This document shows, piece after piece, positions 1-7,663 of a DNA stretch of 42,742 nt (position 1 is its first letter; every line of letters begins with the position of its first letter). This stretch comes from an uncultured Clostridia bacterium (GTDB taxonomy: Bacteria; Bacillota; Clostridia; TANB77; CAG-508). The stretch covers positions 1 through 42,742 of the forward strand of contig CAKPLQ010000004.1 in the NCBI GenBank assembly GCA_934167685.1, written 5' to 3'. The notes under the pieces were generated by a model. The model was not told the DNA's origin. It was given only the letters and a program-made list of their open reading frames with translations, and did not search any database. The translations under genes and the position numbers were made by a program.

Positions 1-190
1 ACTGAGTGCAATATAAAAATATAAACTTTGCATTTCGTTACTCGGCTTACTTCAAAGCTCTAGAATTTCTAATTTATTTTACGGCGCCCTTCCACTAGCG
101 TGAACTCTTTCCGTAAAATTGCATAGAAATTCTGGAGCTTTTCCGTGCACATTCGTAACTACATTTAAAGTTTATGTTTTCATATTGATG
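1..190. repeat. Long imperfect palindrome / hairpin-forming intergenic element (left arm ~8-95, right arm ~97-190)
   Basis: The reverse complement of 97-190 aligns by eye with 8-95. Matching blocks are caatat.aaaa.ataaacttt, agctctagaatttct versus agaaattctggagct, and attttacgg versus ccgtaaaat. The right arm recurs at 21972-22035. Confidence 0.5.
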
Positions 191-438
191 AATTTTCTAG
201 TAAGCAATAATGTAAGCAAAAAGTGAGAGTCGTATTCTCACTGGAATAAAATTTAATAAAAAAACAAGAAGAAAAACATTAGATATCAATGTTACTTCTT
301 GTTTTTTTGTAGCTATGCAAATAGAGAATGTGTTAAATAAAAGAAAAAACAGCTAAGTCATAGCAGATGCTTGGTTTATCAGCAATTCTAGTGTATAATA
401 GGGACATTGACAAATGTCAGTTTTATATAAATTTCCTT

Positions 439-467
439 TTGCAAGCTAACTTTTGTTAGCATAATAA
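439..467 (+). promoter_or_regulatory. Putative promoter TTGCAA-17-TAATAA with a perfect palindrome in the spacer
   Basis: TTGCAA (439-444), a 17-nt spacer that is almost entirely GCTAACttttGTTAGC (445-460), then TAATAA (462-467). It lies ~35 nt upstream of the ATG at 502. Confidence 0.4.
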
Positions 468-501
468 TAGATACTATAAACAACATTTTGGAGGGAGACA
501 T

Positions 502-876
502 ATGAATGATTATTTTGAGAGTATTAAAAACAAAAAATTAGCACTTCGGACATATAACATACTAATTGGGGCTGTTATAGCGTGGGGACTTGGAATAAAT
601 GTATTAATATTTAATTTAGGTGCTCAAGGTCTTAAAAATCTGGATTTTAAAGCAACAATGACAAAATTCGAAACAACACTTATTAATGATGCAATTGTAA
701 CAACGATAGTTTTAACATTATTAATGATTTGTTTAGCAGGTTTTATACCAAGCTTTTTTTTGTCGATGCAAAAAATATTCTTTGGTTGGCTTGTCGGGAT
801 TTTTGTTATTGAAGGTATAAGTATTTTGATGAGAGTTTCAAGAGTTTTATGGTTGGAATTTTGTGGTGAATTGTAA
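502..876 (+). CDS. Hypothetical small membrane protein (about 3 hydrophobic segments)
   Basis: ORF with a GGAGGGAG RBS 5 nt upstream; hydrophobic helices in the translation; no recognisable family motif. Confidence 0.5.
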   Translation: MNDYFESIKNKKLALRTYNILIGAVIAWGLGINVLIFNLGAQGLKNLDFKATMTKFETTLINDAIVTTIVLTLLMICLAGFIPSFFLSMQKIFFGWLVGIFVIEGISILMRVSRVLWLEFCGEL

Positions 877-975
877 TGTTATCAACTTATTGATAATATT
901 GTTAGTGATAAAGGAAAATTGAAACGAAAAAAGTGCATTGCTTGAAGTTTGAGCATAGCACTTTTTTCAATTATA

Positions 976-1338
976 TTATCTTTTTTTAATTAATAAAGCT
1001 AATTCTTCAACAATATTAAGAGCCTTTATAATTTCTTCTTCTGTATAATTTTTTAATAATTTTTTCGTTTTGTTAATACAGCTATCGTCAATTCCAAATA
1101 AGATATAATCAGCGGAATGACCACTAAGCTCTCGAAGTTTCTTTAGACTGTAATAAACAAAATTTCCTTTGCCTTCTTCAACAAATCCTAAAAATTGGCT
1201 CGAAGTGCCAATCGCTTTTGCAAGTTGAGTTTTATTCATTCTCAACTCATCTTCTCTAATTCTTTTGATTCTTTGTCCTCGTTCATATTGTTCTTTTCTT
1301 TCTACGTCAATTGGTACATTAGCTCTTTTTCTTCCCAT
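976..1338 (-). CDS. XRE-family helix-turn-helix transcriptional regulator
   Basis: GGAGGAG RBS. Typical XRE HTH: RIKRIREDELRMNKTQLAKAIGTSSQFLGFVEEGK. Confidence 0.8.
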   Translation of the reverse strand: MGRKRANVPIDVERKEQYERGQRIKRIREDELRMNKTQLAKAIGTSSQFLGFVEEGKGNFVYYSLKKLRELSGHSADYILFGIDDSCINKTKKLLKNYTEEEIIKALNIVEELALLIKKR

Positions 1339-1649
1339 GATAAAACTCCTCCTTTTCTATATATATTTTAAAGTATAATTCTAACAATGTGTTGATAAAA
1401 CATGATGATAATTTTTGATAAATTTTGATATTTTTTAATATGCAAAACAAATAAAAAATAAAATAATGAAAAAAGACTGTTAAGAAAATTTTACTTAATA
1501 GGCTTTTTTTTTAGTCGTATTTTGCTATAAAATGTAGAAATTTGTAATAAATTCTTATCAGCTAATATCGCCAGTTTTGAGCCACAGAGTGGTATTTTTA
1601 ATGTGCAAGTTGGAACGAGCACAAAGGATAAAAAAGGTGGTGGAAAAGT

Positions 1650-1700
1650 ATGAGTTGGTGGGAAGAATTAGCTGATTACATAAAAAAATGGTTAGGATAA
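1650..1700 (+). CDS. Candidate 16-aa peptide ORF (MSWWEELADYIKKWLG)
   Basis: ATG 8 nt after AAGGTGGTGG; not in the ORF track because it is too short. A short hairpin plus T-run follows (~1722-1760). It lies just upstream of the kinase-like genes. Confidence 0.25.
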   Translation: MSWWEELADYIKKWLG

Positions 1701-1821
1701 AAAAGAATGTGAAGTATAGTAAGGCAGTATCGCTAAAGGCAATACTGTCTTTAATTTTTTGCTTTTTTTATTGAAGAATTTGTAATTTTTGTATATAATA
1801 AAAATGAGAAGAGGAGATTAT

Positions 1822-2175
1822 ATGCAAATTGAAGATATACAAGCTGACATGATAGCAGTTATTATAAAAACAGTAAAAATATTTTTATTAACATACTATT
1901 GTAATTTTAAATTAACTAATAAAAAATTTAAGGTTAACTATAAAGCTATTGCATTAATTGTTGTAGCAGGTATGATTTGTGGAATAATAAAATATAAAGT
2001 AAATTATTTAGTAAGTGCTCTAATTTTAATAATAGTAGTAAGTCTACTATTTTCAAGAGAAAATTTAGAAAATAGTATATTAACAACAATGATTTCATTA
2101 AGTATCAATTATGCACTAGAATTAGTAGCTATAATACTTAGTTTTTGTTCAAATAAGTTATTTCGGAATAAGTAA
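1822..2175 (+). CDS. Membrane protein; probable N-terminal sensor segment of a frameshift-split AgrC-like kinase
   Basis: AGGAG RBS before the ATG at 1822 (the track start at 1789 has no RBS). The protein is polytopic and hydrophobic. The next ORF's reading frame is already open from 2135 in another frame. Confidence 0.5.
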   Translation: MQIEDIQADMIAVIIKTVKIFLLTYYCNFKLTNKKFKVNYKAIALIVVAGMICGIIKYKVNYLVSALILIIVVSLLFSRENLENSILTTMISLSINYALELVAIILSFCSNKLFRNK

Positions 2176-2188
2176 TGACTATATTAGA

Positions 2189-3244
2189 ATGATAATAATT
2201 GCAGTATTACATATATTTATGTTGTATAAGTTATTTAAAATCAGAAGATTTAAATATGGAATATCATATTTACAAAAAGATAAGAATAATGAACATATAA
2301 ATTTATTAATATTAAATATAAGTGTTGTTATGATTTTTTCTGTTATTGTAATATTTAACTCAAATTCAAGAATTGTTAATTTTATTATAAGTACAGAAAT
2401 ATTAATTTATGCAATCATCATGTTCATAACCATCAAAAAATCATTAAACTTATATTACAAGCAAAAATTATTAGAAAACGAAGTAAAAGAAACTAAAGAA
2501 GAGTTAGAAAAAAAGAAAAGAGAAATACAAGAATTAGAAGCAGAAAACTTAAGTTTCAGCAAGAAAAGTCATTCATTAATACATAAGCAGAAATCATTAG
2601 AATACAAAATACAGCAAATGATGAATGGAACCGAAATAAGTGAAGAGCAATCTGCGGAAGTAAGAGAAAGACTAAACAAAATAGGAGAAGAAATATACAA
2701 AGAAAAAGAAAAAATAGAATTAGACAAAACAGGAATTGAAAACATAGATGACATGTTAAAATACATGGAAGCAGAATGTAGCAAAAACCAAATAGAATTT
2801 AATTTGCAAATAAAAGGGAACATACATCACATGACAAACAATGTGGTATCAAAAGAAGACTTAGAAATATTATTAGCAGACCACATAAAAAATGCAATTA
2901 TAGCAATAAAGCATACGGACAATATAAATAGAAGCATAATGGTAAAAATAGGAGATATAAATTCTGTATATGGAATAAATATTTATGACTCTGGAATAGA
3001 GTTTGAGTTAGAAACATTAAAGAAGTTAGGGAAAACGCCAAGTACAACACATGCAGAAGAAGGTGGCACAGGCATGGGCTTTATGAACACATTCGAAACT
3101 CTGGCAAAATATAAAGCAAGTTTAACAATAGAAGAATATAATAAGCCTAACAAGGATAACTATACTAAAATGATAAGTATAAAATTCGATAATAAAAATG
3201 AATTTGAAATAAAATCATATAGGCAAAATGAAATAAAAAAATAA
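2189..3244 (+). CDS. GHKL-type sensor histidine kinase, AgrC/ComD-like (HPK10-like), C-terminal portion
   Basis: Three N-terminal TM helices and a coiled coil. N-box-like LLADHIKNAIIAI, G1-like YDSGIEF, G2-like GGTGMGF. No response regulator is adjacent. Confidence 0.65.
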   Translation: MIIIAVLHIFMLYKLFKIRRFKYGISYLQKDKNNEHINLLILNISVVMIFSVIVIFNSNSRIVNFIISTEILIYAIIMFITIKKSLNLYYKQKLLENEVKETKEELEKKKREIQELEAENLSFSKKSHSLIHKQKSLEYKIQQMMNGTEISEEQSAEVRERLNKIGEEIYKEKEKIELDKTGIENIDDMLKYMEAECSKNQIEFNLQIKGNIHHMTNNVVSKEDLEILLADHIKNAIIAIKHTDNINRSIMVKIGDINSVYGINIYDSGIEFELETLKKLGKTPSTTHAEEGGTGMGFMNTFETLAKYKASLTIEEYNKPNKDNYTKMISIKFDNKNEFEIKSYRQNEIKK

Positions 3245-3257
3245 TGGAGGTAGCAAA

Positions 3258-3806
3258 ATGGAAGAACTATGGGATATATATGATATAAATAGAAACAAAA
3301 CTAATAAAGTTGCAGGGCGAGAAACACACGAGTTTACAAATGGAGAATATCATTTAATTACAGTAGCAGTAATAATAAACTCAAAAGATGAAATTTTAAC
3401 AGCCAAAAGGGCAAAGACTAAAAAAAGAGACCCACTAAAATGGGAGCTATCTGGTGGAGGCGTAAGAGCTGGGGAAAGTAGCTTAGAAGCAATAATTAGA
3501 GAAGCTAAAGAAGAAATTGGGTTATCATTTAAACAAGAAGATGCAATTTTATTAAAAGAAGTAAGAAGAGACAACGAAAAAGGAGGAGGCTCATTTAAAG
3601 ATTTTTGGCTATTCAAGTCAAACATAGATGCAGAGCAAATAAAGTTTCCAGATAAAGAGGCTACTGAGGCAAAATGGGTAACAATAGATGAATTTATGAA
3701 GATGCAAGAAGGTGGAAAAGTTATTACCGGGCTTGATTTTGAAAAAGAAGATTATGAATTAGCCATAAAGATATTGACAAATAGCGAAAGAAATAATAAA
3801 TTATAG
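3258..3806 (+). CDS. NUDIX hydrolase
   Basis: Complete Nudix box GGVRAGESSLEAIIREAKEEIGL (G-x5-E-x7-REUxEExGU). Confidence 0.85.
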   Translation: MEELWDIYDINRNKTNKVAGRETHEFTNGEYHLITVAVIINSKDEILTAKRAKTKKRDPLKWELSGGGVRAGESSLEAIIREAKEEIGLSFKQEDAILLKEVRRDNEKGGGSFKDFWLFKSNIDAEQIKFPDKEATEAKWVTIDEFMKMQEGGKVITGLDFEKEDYELAIKILTNSERNNKL

Positions 3807-3854
3807 ATGTAACAATGTAAATATAGCTTTTCTAAAATTAGAAAGGAGAAAAAA

Positions 3855-5720
3855 ATGAGACATCAAATTATTCAACTGGCAAAAGATGAAAATGGAGCAG
3901 AATTTAAAATTTCAGTACAAATTCCATTTGAGCTTGGCTGGATTGAGCGGGTGAAATTAAATGTTACAACAAAATGGCAGAAAAATGTTTATCAAATGAA
4001 ACATGTCAAAAACGAAAATGATGAGGCATATTTCGAAACAACAATAAGATTGGACACATGTGCAATCTATCATTATTGTTTCTCCTTCGAAGCTAACGGG
4101 CAGTTCCAGTATTATAAAAAAGAAAACACTAGTGGAAACCATAGTGTAACAGACGCAGAATGTTGGAAAATGTCAGTTAATTTCGATGTTCCAGAATGGG
4201 CAAAAGGTGCTATGATGTATCACATTTTTGTAGATAGATATAGAAGAACACCAGGGCTTAAAAAGGAAATTATGCCTAAAAGAAGAATTCATAATAACTG
4301 GTATGAACCTCCTGTAATCGAAGCAAATGAAGATGGAGAATGGAATGTCGATTTTCATTGTGGTGATTTAAAGGGAATAACAGATACAATTAAATATATC
4401 CAAAAATTGGGTGTAACTATTTTGTATCTTAGCCCTATAGTCAAAAGTCAATCAACTCATAGGTATGATGCAGCTGACTATATGCAAATTGACCCATATG
4501 CAGGAACAAGCGAAATGTTGGCAGAACTGTGTGATAAAGCACATAAACATGGAATGAAAGTAGTTCTGGATGCTGTTTTTGACCATACTGGAAATGATAG
4601 TATTTATTTCAACCAATTTGGAACTTATGATAGCATTGGCGCATATCAGGTAGAAAAAGATGAAAAATACAAAGGAATGGAATCGCCATATAGCAAGTTT
4701 TACAAAAAATATTGCCATTATGGTGAACATTACTTTAAGTATTGGTGGAATATGGATAATATGCCTGCATGCGATGATAGTTCAGAAGAGTGGAGAAATT
4801 TTATCTGTGGGCCAAATGGAGTAATTGATACATGGTTTAATCTTGGAATTGATGGATTACGGCTTGATGTGGCAGATGAATTTTCTGATGAATTTGTTGG
4901 AAAAATTCATGAGGCTGCAACAAGAAATAAACCAGACGCATTTATTCTTGGCGAGGTATGGGATAAAAATCCAATGAACAGAGGGTTTATTAGTTCTGCT
5001 AAAGGTATGCATTCTATAATGGATTATGAATTAGTTGATGGTTTGATTAGATTTTATAAGTATTCTGATATTTGGAAGTTGGATAGAGTTTTAAATCTGA
5101 TTTTTACAGAATATCCAACAGAGACAATTCAGACACTTATGAATTTTACTTCAACCCATGATATTTCTAGGGCTATCGAAATCTTCGGCGGTGATAATTT
5201 TAATCAATATTCACTGTGGGGGTGGGATTTGCAAATGGAAAAAAATAATCCGGAATGGATTAAAAAGCATGACATGACTAAAGAAGAGTATCATTATGGA
5301 AAAATGACATACAAATCATATTGTTTTGCATTGACATTTTTGCCAGGAATTTTTTCTATTTTTTATGGAGATGAAGTTGGACTTAAAGGAATTGGAAATC
5401 TTGCAACTAGAGCACCATATCCATGGGGGAAGAGAGATAAAGATTTATTAAAATTCTTCAGAAAGATTGGAAAAGTGCGCAAAGAAGAACAGTTTTTAAG
5501 AACAGCTGAATTCAAAAAAATCAAAATTGACCATGACCAATTTGTATTTGAACGGTATAACGAACAAGAAAGTATTATTGTTTTTGTAAGTAGAACACAT
5601 ACTTGTTCTGCAGTTGATTTGCCAGAAGAATACAAAGATGGAGAAATTATTTTTAAGCTTAAAGGATGTAACAAAGAAGAACTGCAACCATATGGAGCAA
5701 TTGCAGTAAAGAAAAAATAA
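3855..5720 (+). CDS. Glycoside hydrolase family 13 (alpha-amylase / neopullulanase-like)
   Basis: GH13 conserved regions DAVFDHTG, GIDGLRLDVADE, LGEVWD and FTSTHD; AGGAG RBS. Confidence 0.85.
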   Translation: MRHQIIQLAKDENGAEFKISVQIPFELGWIERVKLNVTTKWQKNVYQMKHVKNENDEAYFETTIRLDTCAIYHYCFSFEANGQFQYYKKENTSGNHSVTDAECWKMSVNFDVPEWAKGAMMYHIFVDRYRRTPGLKKEIMPKRRIHNNWYEPPVIEANEDGEWNVDFHCGDLKGITDTIKYIQKLGVTILYLSPIVKSQSTHRYDAADYMQIDPYAGTSEMLAELCDKAHKHGMKVVLDAVFDHTGNDSIYFNQFGTYDSIGAYQVEKDEKYKGMESPYSKFYKKYCHYGEHYFKYWWNMDNMPACDDSSEEWRNFICGPNGVIDTWFNLGIDGLRLDVADEFSDEFVGKIHEAATRNKPDAFILGEVWDKNPMNRGFISSAKGMHSIMDYELVDGLIRFYKYSDIWKLDRVLNLIFTEYPTETIQTLMNFTSTHDISRAIEIFGGDNFNQYSLWGWDLQMEKNNPEWIKKHDMTKEEYHYGKMTYKSYCFALTFLPGIFSIFYGDEVGLKGIGNLATRAPYPWGKRDKDLLKFFRKIGKVRKEEQFLRTAEFKKIKIDHDQFVFERYNEQESIIVFVSRTHTCSAVDLPEEYKDGEIIFKLKGCNKEELQPYGAIAVKKK

Positions 5721-5731
5721 AAGTCTCAAAA

Positions 5732-5755
5732 GGGGTTCTTAGAAATAAGAACCTC
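5732..5755 (+). terminator. Hairpin downstream of the GH13 gene
   Basis: ggggttctta-gaaa-taagaacctc, a 10-bp stem with one G-U pair. The T-tail is poor (tt then an A-run), so it is only a moderate candidate. Confidence 0.45.
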
Positions 5756-5842
5756 TTAAAAAATTTATAAAAAAAATATTGAAAAATAATGCATAAATGG
5801 TATAATTTAATAGATAATAAATTAAAGGAGATGTGATATAGC

Positions 5843-6382
5843 ATGAAAATTTATTATGTAAGGCATGGCCAAACAGACTGGAACCTAGCAAGAAAAATGC
5901 AAGGTGGAGGAACAGAAAAAGAGTTAAATTCAACAGGAATAGAGCAAGCGAATGAAACTAAAAGAGAACTAGAAAATATTCAATATGATATTGTAATATG
6001 TTCTCCAATGCATAGAGCCATTCAAACTGCGCAGATAATAAATAAAGATAAAAACATTCAAATGATAACAGACGAAAGAATTAGAGAAAGAAAACTAGGG
6101 GAACTAGAAGGACATGAAATAACTGATGAAATGGAAAGTAAAATTTGGAATTATGATTTAAATTATCAAATTCCAGGTGGAGAAAGTGTTCAAGATTTCG
6201 AAAAAAGAATAATAAATTTTATGGAAGAAATAAAAGAGAAATATCAAGATAAAACAGTTTTAATTGTAGCACATGGAGGCGTTGCCAAAGTTATAAAAGC
6301 CCATTTATATGGAATGCCAGATAGTAAAAACTTATCAGAGATAGAAATGAAAAATTGCGAAATAATAGAAGCAGAAATATAA
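5843..6382 (+). CDS. Histidine phosphatase family protein (phosphoglycerate mutase-like)
   Basis: N-terminal RHGQTDWN catalytic motif, later AHGG; AAGGAG RBS. Confidence 0.85.
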   Translation: MKIYYVRHGQTDWNLARKMQGGGTEKELNSTGIEQANETKRELENIQYDIVICSPMHRAIQTAQIINKDKNIQMITDERIRERKLGELEGHEITDEMESKIWNYDLNYQIPGGESVQDFEKRIINFMEEIKEKYQDKTVLIVAHGGVAKVIKAHLYGMPDSKNLSEIEMKNCEIIEAEI

Positions 6383-6401
6383 ATAAAGAATGGAGAATAG
6401 T

Positions 6402-7004
6402 ATGAAAAACTACTATGAAATATTAGAAGTAGACAAAAAAGCATCACCAGAAGTAATAGATAAAGCATATAAAACTCTTGTAAAAAAATATCATCCAGAT
6501 TTGCAGGATGATAAAATGCATGTAGAATATGAAGAAAAAATGAAAGAAATAAATGAGGCATATTCTATATTATCAGATGAGTATAAAAAAACTAACTATG
6601 ATGAACAGCTACAAGAAACAATGGTATCTATAGAAGAATATCAACGAGTTTTGCTAGAAAATCAACAATTAAAGGCACAACTAGAAAATAAAAATCCAAC
6701 TAGTTCAAATATTGGAAGCGTAATAAGAGAAAATATGAAGCAAGCTACAGCTAAGGCTTATCAAGATGCATACCAAGATGCTTATGTGCAAGACATGAAA
6801 AATAGAGGGTATACAATAAAATATAAACATGATTTAAAATATTATTTAAAGTTTGCAGGATGTATATGTATTGTAATTCTAGTTTTTCTATTAGCATATC
6901 AAATTCCAATAATAAAAAGATTTTGTAACCAGCTATATGAAGAAAATCTATTGGTTCAATCTATAGTGAATATATTTAAGAAAACTTTTTTTACAAAAAT
7001 ATAA
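6402..7004 (+). CDS. J-domain (DnaJ-like) protein with a C-terminal membrane anchor
   Basis: NYYEILEV...[14 protein letters not shown]-domain with the HPD tripeptide; C-terminal hydrophobic helix. I prefer the start at 6402 (GGAGA RBS) to the track start at 6390. Confidence 0.75.
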   Translation: MKNYYEILEVDKKASPEVIDKAYKTLVKKYHPDLQDDKMHVEYEEKMKEINEAYSILSDEYKKTNYDEQLQETMVSIEEYQRVLLENQQLKAQLENKNPTSSNIGSVIRENMKQATAKAYQDAYQDAYVQDMKNRGYTIKYKHDLKYYLKFAGCICIVILVFLLAYQIPIIKRFCNQLYEENLLVQSIVNIFKKTFFTKI

Positions 7005-7084
7005 TATAGAGAAGAAAAATTTAACATTTAGAGCCTTTTTCAGAGAGGGACTCTATTTGGTATAATTAATTAAGTAATCAAAAA

Positions 7085-7114
7085 ATTCATACTGTAAGAG
7101 GTATGAATTTTTTT
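7085..7114. terminator. Rho-independent terminator-like hairpin
   Basis: attcata-N10-tatgaat, flanked by an A-run on the left and TTTTTT on the right, so it could work in both directions. Confidence 0.6.
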
Positions 7115-7124
7115 AACATATCTA

Positions 7125-7185
7125 TTGACAATAACATATAATAATGTTAATATGAAAACATAAACATATGAACAACTATTCATAT
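7125..7185 (+). promoter_or_regulatory. Promoter TTGACA-17-TAATAT plus an ArsR/SmtB-type inverted-repeat operator
   Basis: TTGACA at 7125-7130, TAATAT at 7148-7153. Inverted repeat ATATGAAcaactaTTCATAT at 7166-7185, just downstream of the -10. Confidence 0.6.
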
Positions 7186-7215
7186 AAAACAAAAGAACAA
7201 AAATTAGGAGGGAAA

Positions 7216-7566
7216 ATGGAAGACGGAATAGTAGATATAGAAAAAGTGAAAAAAATAAAGAAGATAATGCCAAGTGATGACTTGTTATTTGATATAGCAG
7301 AAGTATTCAAAGTATTTGGAGATACAACAAGAATGAAAATAATAAGTGCATTATTAGAAGCAGAATTATGTGTAGGAGATATAGCAGAAATAACAAATTC
7401 TACACAATCAGCAATATCGCATCAATTAAGGGTCTTAAAACAAGCAAAATTAGTGAAGTTCAGAAAAGAAGGTAAAATTGTATATTATTCACTAGATGAT
7501 GAGCATGTTTCAGAAATGTATGAAATGGCTAAGAGACATATAGAAGAGGGATATGAGCATAAATAA
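7216..7566 (+). CDS. ArsR/SmtB-family metalloregulatory repressor
   Basis: ELCVGDIAEITNSTQSAISHQLRVLKQAKLV winged-HTH signature. The AGGAGGG RBS precedes the ATG at 7216; the track start at 7168 sits inside the operator. Confidence 0.85.
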   Translation: MEDGIVDIEKVKKIKKIMPSDDLLFDIAEVFKVFGDTTRMKIISALLEAELCVGDIAEITNSTQSAISHQLRVLKQAKLVKFRKEGKIVYYSLDDEHVSEMYEMAKRHIEEGYEHK

Positions 7567-7575
7567 ATTGTAAAA

Positions 7576-7647
7576 ATGCACCGCAGAGAACCGGTCCCAA
7601 ACGTGCAAAAAAATGCACCGCAGAGAACCGGTCCCAACGGTGCAAAA
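7576..7647 (+). repeat. Tandem GC-rich hairpin repeat (two ~36-nt units), copy A
   Basis: atgcaccgcagagaaccggtcccaaacgtgcaaaa followed by atgcaccgcagagaaccggtcccaacggtgcaaaa. Unit 2 forms TGCACCG-N17-CGGTGCA. A near-identical copy is at 22463-22534. Confidence 0.85.
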
Positions 7648-7663
7648 TAGAAGGAGGAAGTAT

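Noticed and set aside
1339-1788. Possible riboswitch or T-box leader in the long intergenic region before the kinase genes; I also looked upstream of the amylase, the P60 hydrolase and the Ca-ATPase.
   Set aside because: I could not find conserved cores of the riboswitch or T-box classes I know (for example the T-box sequence, or ydaO-type pseudoknot signatures). Only a short peptide ORF and simple hairpins were seen.
7168-7215. A longer start for the ArsR-family gene at 7168.
   Set aside because: That ATG lies inside the predicted operator just downstream of the -10 and has no RBS. AGGAGGG precedes the ATG at 7216.
7576-7647. The tandem ~36-nt GC-rich repeats could be a miniature CRISPR array.
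   Set aside because: There are only two units, directly abutting with no spacer. The identical two-unit block recurs upstream of radA, and no cas genes are present. It behaves like a REP/MITE-type or regulatory hairpin repeat.
7576-7647. The GGTCCCAAA motifs might be CtsR boxes, and GAACCGGTCC a LexA box, given the radA context.
   Set aside because: CtsR sites are GGTCAAA heptads about 10 nt apart, whereas these repeat every ~37 nt. GAAC-N4 is followed by CCCA, not GTTC. The same element also precedes a metal ATPase.
7613-7663. N-terminal extension MHRREPVPTVQNRRRKY of the metal ATPase in the ORF track.
   Set aside because: It is simply the translation of repeat unit 2. A strong AAGGAGGAAG RBS precedes the internal ATG at 7664, and MKKYEFILKDLDCAAC is a normal HMA-domain start.
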